DNA of 64,000 nt from NCBI GenBank assembly GCA_012026655.1, contig JAAILG010000836.1, forward strand, positions 1 through 64,000, in the 5' to 3' direction. Shown here one piece after another: positions 42,275 through 55,559 of this stretch. This DNA is from Hydrolagus affinis (lineage: Eukaryota). The notes beneath the pieces are model-generated. The model saw nothing but the letters and a program-made list of their open reading frames with translations. It was not told the origin of the DNA and made no database searches. The stretch's first letter is position 1. Each line of letters opens with the position of its first letter. A program made the translations under genes and the position numbers.

Positions 42275-42480
42275 AATAATAATCCATTTGATATAGCGCT
42301 TTTCACATCTTATCAACATCTCAAAGCGCTTCACAGAATATACTGTAAAGTGAATTTGACTGTATATATTTGTGGGCGAAACGCGGCAGCCAATTGGTGT
42401 CCCATAAACAGTCGTGGATTGAAATTTTTATTGTGGTTTTTTTTGACGGATTATTATTAGGCGTGTGGAGTAAGGAAACA
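42275..42480 (-). mobile_element. SINE fragment lacking the tRNA head
   Basis: Homologous to 9460-9725. Confidence 0.8.
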
Positions 42481-43794
42481 AGTAATGGAGGAATGATTCA
42501 CAAATGTAATAAATGCATTATCAAGATGGCCTGTTTATTTATGTTTACTCACATTTTTACGTTTACTCTACAACCAATGCTGTTTTTTCTAAGCTGGGAT
42601 TCGAATGAATAAATCTAAGGAGAACTTCTCCGGTAACTGGAAATACATGGCATTGACTTGAAGGAACCCAGTGCGGGAAGTAGATTCATTTGACTCTGTG
42701 TACCCAAGTCAGCATGACATAATCCACATTTCCTAATAAAGAAATTCACCCTCATAGCTTTCTCTAACTGCTGCTACTTGTGTTTTTGGGCAGGATGGTC
42801 TGGCTAAGGTTCCACTCCTCACTTGACAAGGGATGTGTTTTAATCAGTACCTTCTTCAGTGGAGTATTCTGCAATCATGAAATGCTCCCACCTGTGACAT
42901 TGTCAGGAGCCAGTGAAGCTTGTATAGCAGGGAAGCCATTGAATAGTAGTTGGTGTATGGATTAGTACTCACCCTCTCAAAGAACTGTTATTCTAGTTTG
43001 TGAAATCAAGGGGATCTTGTGTTGTCTTATGCTTCCAAGACTCAGACAAGGAAAAGTTGGTTTCGGATAGATTGATTTATTGTAGCTGCTGGTGGTTTCT
43101 AATTTGCCAATGTTTGTCTTACATTCCTATCTCCACTGAAGCACCAGGTTAAGAGTGATAAAGAGCTTCCTTATCATACAGAAAGGTTGCCTCCTTCCCA
43201 AATGCTGCAGCTCTCACCTTAATCATTCGACTCGTGGGAGTTTGTTTGAAGCCAATGCAAAAAGTATCAAAGATTATATGATTTCTAAATTGGCATGGTG
43301 ATGTCACATGGAAGCATGCACTGCAGGGCATGGTCTCGTATTACTGAAAATGGTCCCTTTAAATACCCATATCACTTGACTCTCTCGTAGAGTTGATGGG
43401 AAGATGCATCTAAAAGAAGATCAAAGTCACAAGTCAGCTGTTGATGCGAGCTGACATTCTGCTCCTAAGTATCTGAGTGCTATTACTCACCCAAGTAATC
43501 TTAGTGAAATTAAGACTCTTTAGTACTCTCTTTTGGGAGATGGTTAGAATTCTTAGACAGGAAGTTGTAGGTGGAGAGTTAATGAATTACCGATTCTAGT
43601 GGCAAGTCATCTTTTTAAACTACAGAGATGTAGAGTTTTCTGGCCTCATTAAATAATGGTCACTCAGTTTCCTATGGCTCGAAGATTACAGTCCCAGTTC
43701 CCCCTAGTATTTCAAAGTCAGAGCTAGGACAGAGATTCACTTGATATGCTTAAGCCAGTTGGAAATACAAATAGTTATGTGCTTCTATATATGA

Positions 43795-44155
43795 TCCTTG
43801 TACAGTATTTGATATAGCGCTTTATTACATCTTTGAGACACCTCAAAGTGCTTCACAGAATATACTGTAAAGTGAATTGACTGTACTGTATTTTGTGGGC
43901 GAAACACAGCAGCCAATTGCACACAGCAGTTCTGCTCAAACAGTCGTGGATTGAGTGACCAAATTTGTTTTTAAGGAATTATAACCCCTGGAAAAGCGAT
44001 CTGCTAATCGACTAACACCCGGGTTCATGCTTAGTACTAGGAAACCAAAGGCATGTGGAATAAAAAAAACTTGCCCAACAATTCACCCTGCAGGGAATCA
44101 AACCCAGGTCTCTCACTTGCGAGGCGAATGCTCTAACCACTGAGCTACAGGTTTC
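43795..44155 (-). mobile_element. Near full-length tRNA-derived SINE
   Basis: The minus-strand head tagctcagtggttagagcattcgcctcgcaagtgagagacctgggtttgattccc has A and B boxes; family body and tail follow. Confidence 0.85.
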
Positions 44156-44451
44156 CACTTCTAATGGTTTACCCCCATTTCTAAACAAGGAGTATTTTGC
44201 AAATTGAACATGTCCTCTGCATGGTCTCTGTCAAGAGTTCAGTTTTCTACTGAGGATCTTTTGGCTGTTCATTTTCCTCACAATTCAGTAAAGGTTGTGT
44301 TTTAGCTTGCTATTAAAATGTGTCATAAGGTTGATCTGATGCTCACAATAGTCCCAGGTCTACAAAACATACTGCTGTGCTATATGGTTGAGGGAAACAC
44401 CACATGCCTTCACCTGAGGCAGTGTGTAAAGAACCAGTTACTCAACGCATA

Positions 44452-44605
44452 TCAACAACAACAACGTTGATTTATATAGCGCCTTCCATGCCAGACGGCG
44501 TCTCAGACCGCTTCACAATAACGGATCCTGGGCCCGAGCCGGGGTGGGGGGGGGGGGGGGGAAAGGTGACCGAAGGCGCGGTCAAAAAGAAAAGTCTTCA
44601 GCTGA
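44452..44605 (-). mobile_element. L2 LINE extreme 3' end (second subfamily)
   Basis: Minus-strand QLKTFLFDRAFG; (caa)n tail; same tail at 9636 and 56975. Confidence 0.8.
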
Positions 44606-44802
44606 GAAAATATCACCTCCATTGAGTGGGTTATTTTTGGGAATTGACAATATAAAGCGAAATGTGCAACAGGGATCTTTACTTTGATCAGCGTTCTCAC
44701 ATCTTGTTTGTGGAATAGGCAATAGACATGTACGGATAAATATTTGATGTTTCTCATTTTAATGAACCATGTTAATGGGGCTTTTTTTTGTTCGTTTGAT
44801 AG

Positions 44803-44967
44803 GGACGATGCACTCGAGAAAATTGCAAATATCTCCACCCACCCCCGCATTTGAAAACACAGCTAGAAATCAATGGGCGTAACAACCTAATCCAGCAAAA
44901 GACAGCAGCAGCTATGCTGGCACAGCAGATGCAATTTATGCTGCCAGGCACACAGCTGCAGCCAATG
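44803..44967 (+). CDS. MBNL3: MBNL3 coding exon 2 (end of ZnF2, linker)
   Basis: tttgatag|GGACGATGC...CCAATG|gtaagt; [55 protein letters not shown]; 165 nt. Confidence 0.97.
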
Positions 44968-46441
44968 GTAAGTTGAAGTTTAATTTATTGAATATGCGCA
45001 CCTGATCTGGTCAAAATCATTGTCCGAAAATGTCATGTCAGCTCTGACATCTGTCTGATCTCAAATATTCTCCCTCTTGGAGTCAGGACATAACATTCGT
45101 TTGTACGGTACTTGATAATCTATCTCTCACCTGCATTACAGCAATGGACGATGTGTTGTAATGCTGTGCGTTGGTTAAACATTTTACTGCTAAAGGTACA
45201 AGAAAGCAGAACATCTTAATAATAAAAAAAATGTTTGAACACATGTAATTTTAGACCACTCAATGGGCAGGCAGCCAAATATAAAATGTATAGCCATATC
45301 TCTTAGACACTACGCCCTTTGAACAATCGTAAACAGACTTTTTATGATTTAACATGCGTTAAAATTGCAAATATCACGTCAAATCGATTCACAGAGCTTT
45401 TGTGCAACCATAAAGAAATTTTCCCTCATTCTTTTCTATGAACTGTACATAGATACAGTAATTTTAAAGAAATGTTGCCTTGTGGCCATATTCACTATAA
45501 TCCCACTTGTTAGCATTCACTTGGAGATTTCCGACAGCAAATTAGTATTCATGAGCTATTCACAAAGATCAGTAAAACCACAAATAAGGCGACACATATC
45601 AGAAAATCAAATCACAGGAGACTTCAGTTGTTGTTAATTACTGACAGAAGAAAACAAGACATGGCTTTCCACTGTTCTTTATTCTTTCCACTGTTCTCTA
45701 TTTTCATAATACAGTATGGTTTTTTTTAATATTCTTATTCCATTTCTCTACCATGCCTCCCCCACCTTCCCCACCTACTCCTGATATGTTTTCCTGTGTT
45801 GGACCTGATTAAATAATTGGTGTATTTGGCTGGCCAATTTACAAGAATCTTGTTCCTCTCCCAAAGATTGTTATTTCTGCACTCAATATCAACAGCTATT
45901 AATTCTAATACTGAATCTTTGTTTAATCACCCTTACACTTTTCACATTTCAGTCACGTCCATTTTGTTTTTTCCTGTTTGAACGATCGTCAAGGTGGAAA
46001 ACTTTTCAAAACTACTGAATATCCAATAAGACGTTGGCACCTCTGGATATTTCCCACATTTATTTAAACCCAATTTTTGATGAAAGCACTGGGTTTCAGT
46101 AAGAATACTAACTGCTCCACAAGTCAATTTTGGTCTTAAACTGAAAGTCGTTCCACCACATTTCTATCCCTGCTTGATAGTGGAGCTACTGTTTCCCATT
46201 CTTATGTGCAAGATCATATATGTGACATTTAAACGCAGATAAATATGTTTTTGGAGGATTTTACATGACATGCTTTGAGAAGATTAGCGCTTAGCAAAAG
46301 GTATGTTGAAAACATTTGATTGTTGGCTTATTATGAAATGAAAAAGAGACACTCGACTGTCTGTTTGGATTGAAAATGTTGTGTAAACAGGGATTACATT
46401 CCAGTGTGCTATAAATGTGCTTTTCAAACTTTTATCCATAG

Positions 46442-46642
46442 ACCACATTTCCTGTAACTCCATCTTTAGCAACAAACCCCACAATGGCTTTTAGTCCCTA
46501 CTTGAGTCATATGGCACCTGGAATGGGTTTGATTCCTACAGAACTTCTACCAAACACACCTGTTCTGGTGTCAGGGAACCCTACTATTACAGTTCAAGGA
46601 AACACTGCTTCACAGAAGCTAATAAGAACAGATAAGTTGGAG
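46442..46642 (+). CDS. MBNL3: MBNL3 coding exon 3 (Pro-rich linker)
   Basis: tttatccatag|ACCACA...TTGGAG|gtatca; [67 protein letters not shown]; 201 nt. Confidence 0.95.
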
Positions 46643-48158
46643 GTATCAGTATGTATACTATATATATTCTCGCATTGTGTTACAACTTTCGCTTACTCTG
46701 CCTCATAATATTTCTCTTTTGGAAAGATGAATTGCCACTGTTCTGCAGTTAGTTCTGTAGGATATCTCCGTTTATAGTTTTTTTTAATATACCTTTGAAT
46801 TTGCGAAAAGGAAAAGCTGCATGATAAAACTGCGTGACCCAGGCACTCCCATGGCAAAATGTATTAGAGTACTTGTGCATTGAATCATAAAGTTTGTTAA
46901 AATATAGGTTTGTACCAGTGAGTACCCACATGTTAAGTTCCCAACCTCTTGAGGAAGATGCCAAGAAGAAGCATGCCATTTCAGAAGAGGAAGGGAAAAA
47001 GATTTAGCGAGTAGGTTAACCTGTAAAGTAGCGCTCTGAAATGCTACCTTGGGTGGAGTGCAACTTGTTGTTCTTGCTATTAAGGTTATTTGATATAACA
47101 TATTAAAAGAGTACATATCAAATGTATTGTTAAATGATCTCAATAACCTTTCTAATGTTTATGTTAATTGCATTGTTCTCAACTGTGTGATTCAGTAGAT
47201 TAAGGAGAATGTTGTCCTTTCATCACTGTCCCTGTGTGAATCCAAAGTGAATGAGAACCACTAATGGCCGTAGGTTCTTAAAACATACGCATCTGTGATT
47301 CCAACTACGTTCCCACTGGATCCTTGCCTTTGAATTTGATGTGCATACAGACCACATAGTGCTGATAATTTAGTATAAATTGTCAATCTCGACATTGATA
47401 AAGCTGAGATCTGGGTCTCTCCAGAATTCGATTTGTTGTTAGAATGTCCCACTCCAGACCTCTGGGACAGAAAGTACAGTATTAAGTCCCAAAGTATGCG
47501 CCAGCATACTGCACAACTCATGTTTTTGCAGCCTGCAGGTTCACAGTTTTGGATTAATAAGTTCCTTTGGTCCATTTGATCTTATCCCTACAGAACACCC
47601 ACCTTACTGTCTACCCATCACAACACCGAGCTGTTTTCTAAATAAGTCTTGGCTTCCAATTGCTGCCCCCCACCCCCACCCCTCCACCCCACCCCCACCC
47701 ACCACCATCACGGGAAAGGCATACTATTTTGAGTGCCTTTCATTCTGCAAATATTCTACTTTTACAGATGCAAGTGAATTTAGCTGTAAACTCTTCCTAT
47801 ATTGACCCTACTCATCTCAATTAACATTTTATTCCTCAGATCACAGAGAAAATCTGAAGAGTGCATAAACAAATTACAGACTACTGAAATTCACCCCCAC
47901 TCTGAGAATTTGAATGTCTTCAAAATTAATTGCATTAAAATCTTAAATATTATTAAGAGACTGATGGGTTTGCACCCCCCAGTTATTTAATAATTTAACA
48001 AGATAATTCTAATTTGATATTTCATTTTGGTACTTCAACTTTAGGGGAGAGAAGAAAAAACCTATCTTGAAAGCCAGTTTGTTGACCTTATATGTTCAGA
48101 TAAAAAGCAAATTATGCCTAACATTCTTCAAACAGTTGCTAACAACTGGTTTCATTAG

Positions 48159-48395
48159 GTTTGCAGGGAATTTCAGCGTGGAAATTGCACTCGGGGTGAA
48201 AATGATTGCCGCTACGCACATCCAGTAGACATTACAATGATAGATTCAAATGAAAACACTGTTACAGTTTGCATGGATTATATCAAGGGTCGCTGTTCAA
48301 GGGAGAAATGCAAATACTTTCACCCTCCTGCACACCTGCAAGCCAAAATAAAAGCAGCTCAACACCAGGTGAACCAGACTGCAGCTGCTGCTATG
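48159..48395 (+). CDS. MBNL3: MBNL3 coding exon 4 (ZnF3 and ZnF4)
   Basis: ttcattag|GTTTGC...GCTATG|gtaagt; [79 protein letters not shown]; 237 nt. Confidence 0.97.
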
Positions 48396-49619
48396 GTAAG
48401 TAACAATGTAAGGAGGCTTGTAAGAAGTGCCTTCATTTTTTTTTCTCTAATCTAGTGTAACGTGCTATTCATTTTAAAACATTGTTCAATATATGTTTTA
48501 ATACAGTGCCTCCTTTAGTATTCTGTGTTCCAATTACCCTTAAGTTATTATTTTATTCACAATATGTTTTCGATGTCCTGCCATGTTTTTGAACAATTGA
48601 ACAAAGCAATGAAAGATATTACCTGTATTAAGTTCAACTGCACTAAATTAACTGTAGAAGTTGATTTTATTAGAACATATTCTAGAAAAGGCTTATATTC
48701 CTTTGACAAGTATGAAATTGCGTTTTTTTTACTGTAACATTATTAATTTGGTTTTTGTTTTGCGATAATTTAGATTGCCAATGTTTAACCACTGTTCCTT
48801 GCTAGTTCAGTTTTATCATGAGCCTTGATGTACGGGTTTCCTGCAACTTACTCCGAAGTAAATAGCAATATCCTCAGAAGGTTTTTTTTTACATGCACAT
48901 TATATCTTTATAAAATGTAAACATATTACCTGCTTTACACCTTGTGACAGTCCTAGTCATTCTTGTTCTGCTTTGTGCTTGTCAGTGGCAATGCTAGATA
49001 GCTTCTGGTTTTGCTTTGACAATGGTGCCTCAAGCTTAAACTCTGATTATTCCCTGCAATAGGTGATTAAGGTGTTAAGTCCTGTTTCCAATATTTTAGT
49101 GTTCTGCAAACACCCACGTTTCTGCTGATTTTTTTTCCCACAAATGGATATTTTGGAATAGAATTCTTGCTGTTTGTGTAAAATTGGTGGCCACCGATGG
49201 GCCAATTTTTGCATAAACTGCCACTGTTTGGTGAGTGAAGACTTTGACAATGACCACAGTTGAATTAAAAGCCCGAGTAGGCCTGCCACTTTCTGTGTGT
49301 GTGTGAAGCAGGTGACTGCCATCAGTCCGGAGAGAGAGAGAAAAGGTGTGTTAGACGTTTCCATTCTAAACTCCCATTCTTAAAAGGGTCCCAACCGCAA
49401 CCAAAAAAAAACCAAGGTCCAATATCTTATTTTTTTTTGAAGTTTTCTGTATCGTTGCATTTTTAACCTTTTTTTGTTGTTGTTTCAAGTTTTATTTTGG
49501 AGTTTCTTTTGTTTGTGATTACAAACATTGACGTGACAATGGCTCGTGTGTTCCCCTGGGCGTCTGTTTGTAATTATTCAGCGTATGTAGCCTGTTAACA
49601 ATAACAGTAGAGAAACATC

Positions 49620-49925
49620 CTTTGTTCTGCATGCTTGGTCTTTTTTAATATGTTGTATAATGCATTCAGATTGTTTTTTTTTCTCTTCACCTGTCCACCA
49701 ATGCATTGCTGTCCCTATGACGCACCTCTGCTTGCTGTGTATGTTAATGCGCTTGAACCCCATTGGCCCATTGCCATCATGTGCTCGCTGCCTGCTAATT
49801 AAGACTCAGCCAGCTGTCAGATCACTGAAGCGACCCCTCGAGGCAACCTTTGACCTGGTACTTGGACCTTTCACCTTCTTGCTTTGCATGTAGCTTTCGT
49901 GAAATGTGTTGTAAAAGCATGATTG
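49620..49925 (+). promoter_or_regulatory. MBNL autoregulatory splicing element around the 54-nt exon
   Basis: No AG from 49670 to 49801; distal pyrimidine tract at 49671-49698; about 9 YGCY motifs; AAG acceptor; TGCATG at 49628 and 49885. Near-identical to the recalled human MBNL1 intron 4 3' end. Confidence 0.85.
49804..49857 (+). CDS. MBNL3: 54-nt alternative exon (KRP NLS-bearing, equivalent to MBNL1/2 exon 5)
   Basis: ctaattaag|ACTCAG...GACCTG|gtactt; TQPAVRSLKRPLEATFDL, versus MBNL1 TQSAVKSLKRPLEATFDL as recalled; frame-preserving. Confidence 0.92.
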
Positions 49926-51605
49926 CTTTCCATTTATTGGTACCATTATCAACCCTTAGGACAGTGCCGTTGTATTGTATGTCGATCTGTTTAGAAATGT
50001 GCTACCCAAGTGCGAACCTAGTACCATGCAATCTCCTAAGGGTTCATCATAGCAACAGAGATACATCCACAGTGAAACCTGTTTCTATAGCTTGATGAAC
50101 CCAAAACAACAAATGCATTGCCTGCACTAATAAAAAAAAACTCTATTGGAGGTACTGCCTTTACTTTTTGTCTAGCTTGTGCTTGTTTCCCTTGGAACAT
50201 AACCTAAAACAGAACACAATCTTATCAATCACAAATAAACTCATTAATCTCCAATTTAAAGAGGCAACGTACAGTCCAGAAAATAGTGAATTAACACCGC
50301 ACCTAAAACAGGTTTGACTGTTAATTATGTGATTTTGGCAAAAAGTGGATCCCTGATCGTTTTATTTAATATAATAAATCTAAACTCCTTGTCATTTCCA
50401 AATTACATCTTGGTGAAACTTTAATAACAGCATGAGGTATTAAAAGAGCTTTCTAAAAAAAGAACTATGTTAAGAAAACATACCACTCCCCGAAACGATA
50501 AGAAAACCTGGAAATATCAGCAAACTGCACAAAACATGTGAATTGTAACATGCACCACACAGTATATGATGACTAAAATAACAGTCACCAGTGACTGCAA
50601 CATGAGCTCAGATCACCTTTATAAATCTGAACGCTTCAACTGAAACTTACTTGCAGGAATCCATTATCCTACACTTTACGAGACAACTTTATATCTAGAT
50701 GGGTTGACATCAGCTGCCACATTGCCATAATCACTGTGTTATTTTGCAAAACAGCTACAATTACTTTAGTGTCTGATTACTGCTGCTTAGAACAAGCATT
50801 TTGTTGTTATTGTTGCTATAGACGCTTCTTTATGCTTGTAGTTTTGTGCAGGGTTCCCATTAATGTAAAATTTCAGCCTCTTTTCTTTAACTGCAATGCC
50901 CCCTACACTGAGAGTGGTGTTATGCTTTGAAGGCTGTCAATTGTGCATCATAAGATGAAATAGAAAATCAACTTAAAACTGTATTTATACTTCTTATGTA
51001 TCATTTTGGAACTCACTTAAACTAGACTAAAATGTACTTTTTAATTTCCTAGCTTTTTTTTTGCAGGAAAACAAAAGTTAAAACTGTTTATTTTAAGTCT
51101 GTTTTGAAATGGCTTACATATTTTATGAAATGGGACCTGGCTGTTTAGACTCGCATTATGTCCCAAATGTCAATTTAATAATACTCTAGCGAGAACCCAG
51201 CGAAGTTCTGTGATCTTTATTGATTAATTTGCATATATTTTAGATTTTCATAGTATTTAGTTGCTCAGCTGCAAATGCATTATTTTTCCTTTCATCTCAT
51301 TGCTCTCAATCACCACCCAGCCCAACCTTTTCTCACTTGAAGCTTGGTAAATCACGTCCTGTGTTTTAATGTCAAAGTGAAGATGGTTAAGCATTCACTT
51401 CCACTTGTGATTCTCACAGCTTTATCCTGCCTTTCATGCTTCCCTCACTTGTATTCTCTCACAATGCCTTGCAGCTATAGTCTGCTTCTGCTGCTGTCTT
51501 GCTTAGCTATACAGTTGCAGGAGAATGGCAGGCCAAGTTTTTGGTGTGTTTTTTTGTGCATGCTTAATTTTTTTCTACTTGTCTTAATCAATTGCTCATC
51601 CACAG

Positions 51606-51756
51606 GCCCTCCCGCCTGGTGCACTTCAACCTTTACCAAAGAGGCCAGCACTTGAAAAAACCAATGGTGCCACCACAGTCTTTAACCCCAGTGTTTTCCA
51701 CTACCAACAGGCTCTAGCTAATATGCAGCTGCAGCAACCAACATTCATCCCAACAG
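51606..51756 (+). CDS. MBNL3: MBNL3 coding exon 6 (KRPALEK motif)
   Basis: catccacag|GCCCTC...CCAACAG|gttagt; [50 protein letters not shown]; 151 nt, ends in phase 1. Confidence 0.95.
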
Positions 51757-53225
51757 GTTAGTTCCTAACCATATACGTAACTTTATTATTTGTATAAGGT
51801 GACTTTACAAGATTTTGCTATTGGTCGCTTTGACCCACTAAGTGAAGAACTGGTTGTCAAATGACATTTAAATTTAATTATCATTCGGTTGAATATTTAC
51901 TGTTAGTATCTCTGTTTCTGCATTTAAAGGAGCTACAGTTTTCCATTGTGTAGATATAAGTACCGCATGCATTATGGTCTCTGATTACTCTCATTTTACA
52001 TTGCTTTCTTTAAAACTGGAATTGCAACCCCCCCGCCACACAAAGTGAGCGTTTTATAATGTGCTGTACACTGTCATGAGCCTGGAGCTTTGATCTCGGT
52101 AATGGACATTATCAGGGCAATGGGTCGAGTCCTGAGGGGTGATACACACCTTGAACTGGAATGGACACATTCTAAGACAGGGTTATATGGCTAAAGGGTT
52201 GCAGTTATGCCATTTTAATTTAAAGGGTGAGGGTTCTTTACTTAAGTAATTTCAACAATCGGGAGTGAAGAAATGCTGATCTATATTAGTGATTCTGAGC
52301 TACATTTTCAGATCCACTGGGACTCCACGTTGCTATTTGCAGCACCATTCTGTCACAAAGCCACCTTGCAGATAACATTATATTTTTAAATCCCTTGAAG
52401 ATATTCGACAAATTTCTTATAGCTAGTTAATTGCTCCAAATAAGAAATGTTTTAGAGTTTTTTCTGATCTTCCAAATGCTTGGCTTCCATCAAAACATTT
52501 CCTAACAATTACCTTGGCATTGCGTAATGGTCCAAATCCCAGTGTGGATCACGCAACCAATGTTCTTGGGTGACATGGATTATTCATATTATTAACTCAC
52601 TAAACATATTGATATATAAGCAAATCAGAGATGTTTCTCTCCAGCGGAGAGACATCCGGTAAAGATATGATTCATATTTTAACACTCTGGCAAAAGTAAT
52701 GGTGTAGCTCCTTTAAAACAATCACTAATTGACTTATTTAAACTCTTATATGAAGTTTTGTGCGGATTTAATAAATGCATTGGCTTTTGTGATGGAAAAA
52801 AGAACTGCTGTCGTATTTCGACCATATTAGACACTCTTTTGCCTGGTTCAGTATTATTCAGTATGTTCCCCTTTGTGAGTCAGCATGACTCTTATGGTTT
52901 TCAATTTATAAAGTACGGATAAAATACAAACACTGGAGAACTGATGCTTCTCAAAATGAATCGTGCACCTTCTGTCTGCAAACAACGCAATGTATTATCA
53001 CAGGCAGTTGAATCATGCCATTAGTTGTTGCTCTATAATTTTAGAATAAATTGTAGTTTTAGTTCCATTAAAACTAAATTCTCACCTTGCATGTGCTGAA
53101 GTAATGAATATTGTGGCTCTATTGGCCAAAACCTGTTACAATTACAATGAGTGTGAACACTAATGGTTCTCTAACCAATGTTCCTTTTTTATTTATCCTT
53201 CCACGCTTCACTGCATGATCTGCAG

Positions 53226-53261
53226 GGTCAGTGTTGTGCATGACTCCCACTGCAAATGTTG
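53226..53261 (+). CDS. MBNL3: 36-nt alternative exon (equivalent to MBNL exon 7)
   Basis: atctgcag|GGTCAGTGTTGTGCATGACTCCCACTGCAAATGTTG|gtaggt; GSVLCMTPTANV, like MBNL GS(I/V)LCMTPATS; phase 1-1. Confidence 0.92.
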
Positions 53262-54825
53262 GTAGGTTTCAGCTTTCTCTCTCTAATTTTTTTTCTCTCT
53301 TTCTTTAACCTCTTCTCCCCTCCCCTACAGTTTCAAAATGCACTGTATGTTTGTGCTAATTGCTTAATTATTGTTACTTTCAGTCAGTATTTCAGTTCAG
53401 ATAATTTTTCTTGTGTAAAATGCAAAAGCATCAATGATTAATGCAAACATTGGAGACTTAATTTGCTATGTACATACTTTAGGTCTTTAGCACCTAGACA
53501 CAGAGTTTGGAGAAGGTTTATAGGCTCACTAAATGGGGATCAGTGCTAAAGAAAAGGATTATCCATGGTTTAGATCAAAGGTTAGAACTAGTCTCGTCAG
53601 TTGCGTTTCTGGTTTCTGAAATAGGTTTTCTCTGAATAATTGACCAAATCCCTCTAGTGTTTAACTTCCATTAGTGACACTCCAACACTCTCAGACTCCT
53701 AATAAAGTCTGTTGTTATGGCTAGATTACTTAATGGAACAATTGATCACCTACACTGACATGACCAAAGAAATACAGGAGAGAGATATTTCTTGTTTATA
53801 TGCACAGTAGGAATTTGCATTGCTTGTCGGAGGTTTTGAAATCACAGTTTGTTGATAACATGTTTATACATTTAAAAAGCCAACCTCCTTAAAGTTGCTG
53901 TGCTATTTATTTTCTGAAGTAAGACATTTTAGTCGTCTGATTTGGGGAAAAAACTAAATGGACACTTGGCTATGAACTGTGAAACGAGCAGAAAAGTGAC
54001 AAGGGGTTTGAGAATAGTGGCAGAAGAAGATTAAGGATAAATCCTTGCAGACATTGCAAAACAATCTTAAGAGGAATTAAATCAGGCAAATGTTGAACAA
54101 TAACACTTACATTATAAACCCTTAAAATAAGCACATTTTGTCGAAGTCTATTAGGAATAACGGCGGGCACTTTTGTTCCAAAGCTGATGAAGGTACCTAA
54201 ATAAATTAATTTACTGATTAATCGTGTAGAGGAACGTGAAGATTGTTAATGTTGATTGCTAACTATCTTCTCCAGAGTTGTGTGAGCTTAACATTGTAGT
54301 CTTTCAAATCACATAGCAAAATGTAGACTTGTAATTGTTCGCGATTGGAGCCGTCTTGAGAGCATCCTTCAAACGGTTTTCGTGGTGAACTGAAAAACTG
54401 TCGCTCCTGCTGTAGTCCTCAAGGGGTTAACGTCGGCTACCTCCTGCCTCGCAAATCGCTTCTCACCAGCTTCCACTTACTCTTAGCTGTGTCATGCAGA
54501 AATGCATGCAGGTTTGTGCCCACGCTATTCTCAGTGCAGGACAATTGGTGACATAACAAGGGAATATTTGATGGCGATCTATTACCAAGAACAGTATTTC
54601 TATATACAGTACATACTGTATTTGGAATAGATCTGATGTGTTGTTATAGAATGGAAGTACAAGATGTGTTTATTTAAACCAAATGGACACGAGTTTTAAT
54701 TTTTTTCCCCAAAAATTGATTTTAATAAAAAGGTAACAATACTCCTGATCAGCTCTTATGAAAGCTGTGTATAGTCTGGTCTGCCCGTATGCAGTAGGCA
54801 TGAATTTTAAAAGAAGTGAGACCAC

Positions 54826-55500
54826 AAAAACATCAACAAAATTGCACTTATATAGCGCCTTTCACGTCGGGAGGACGTCCCAAAGCGCTGAACAGTCTGG
54901 TCAGGACCCGAGCGGGGTGGGAGGGGGTGGGGGGTCAAAGTAGAGGGAAGGAGAGTGGAAGAATTAGTGGGGCAGCCAAAGGATTGGTCAAAGAGGAAGG
55001 TCTTGAGACCGGCCTCGAAGGAGGAAAGGAAGGAAGCAAGGCGGAGGAGCTGTGGGATGGAGTTGAATACTGAATATTGAAGAGAGCAGAGAGGCTGAAG
55101 GCCCGGCCGCCGATGGTTGGGTGGTTAGGGCGGTGGACACGGAGCAGGCCTGAGTCTGCTGAACGGAGAGTGTAGGCAGGCTGATAGGGAGACAGTAGGT
55201 CAGAGAGATAGGCGGAGGCAAGGCCGTGAATGGCCTTGAAAGTGAGGACAATCTTGAATTCGATCCTCTGGTTGATGGGGAGCCAGTGGAGACAGGCGAG
55301 GGTGGGAGTGATGTGATCGCAAAGCCTGGTACAGGAGAGTACACGAGCTGCAGAGTTCTGAATGATCTGCAGTCTGTGAAGGGAGGAACTGGGGAGGTCG
55401 GTGAGAAGAGAGTTCCCATAGTCGAGCCTGGAAGTGATAAAGGCGTGGATGAAAATTTCGGCGGCGTGGGCAGTGAAGTAGTGGCACAAAAATCCTCGCA
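54826..55500 (-). mobile_element. L2 LINE fragment, RT/C-terminal ORF2 region
   Basis: AAEIFIHAFITSRLDYGNSLLTDLP...RLQIIQNSAARVL...HITPTLACLHWLPINQRIEFK...IGGRAFS, the L2 clade signature. Confidence 0.93.
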
Positions 55501-55559
55501 AGATAGTCAGGGTGTTTAGTGCCTTTTTATTCCCTAGAAATGAGCTGTGTGTAATGCTG

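Noticed and set aside
44085-44155. tRNA-Ala-like sequence on the minus strand (also near 9745-9810 and 57040-57095)
   Set aside because: These are SINE heads joined to a repeated body and tail, with no intact acceptor stem.
47664-47706. C-rich (CCCCA)n tract as a G-quadruplex element
   Set aside because: Simple repeat; the G-rich strand is not the transcript, and similar tracts are scattered through the window.
49660-49803. In-frame open intron upstream of the 54-nt exon as an exon extension
   Set aside because: The only upstream AG (49668-49669) is out of frame; the open frame is explained partly by the AG-free zone, which excludes TAG.
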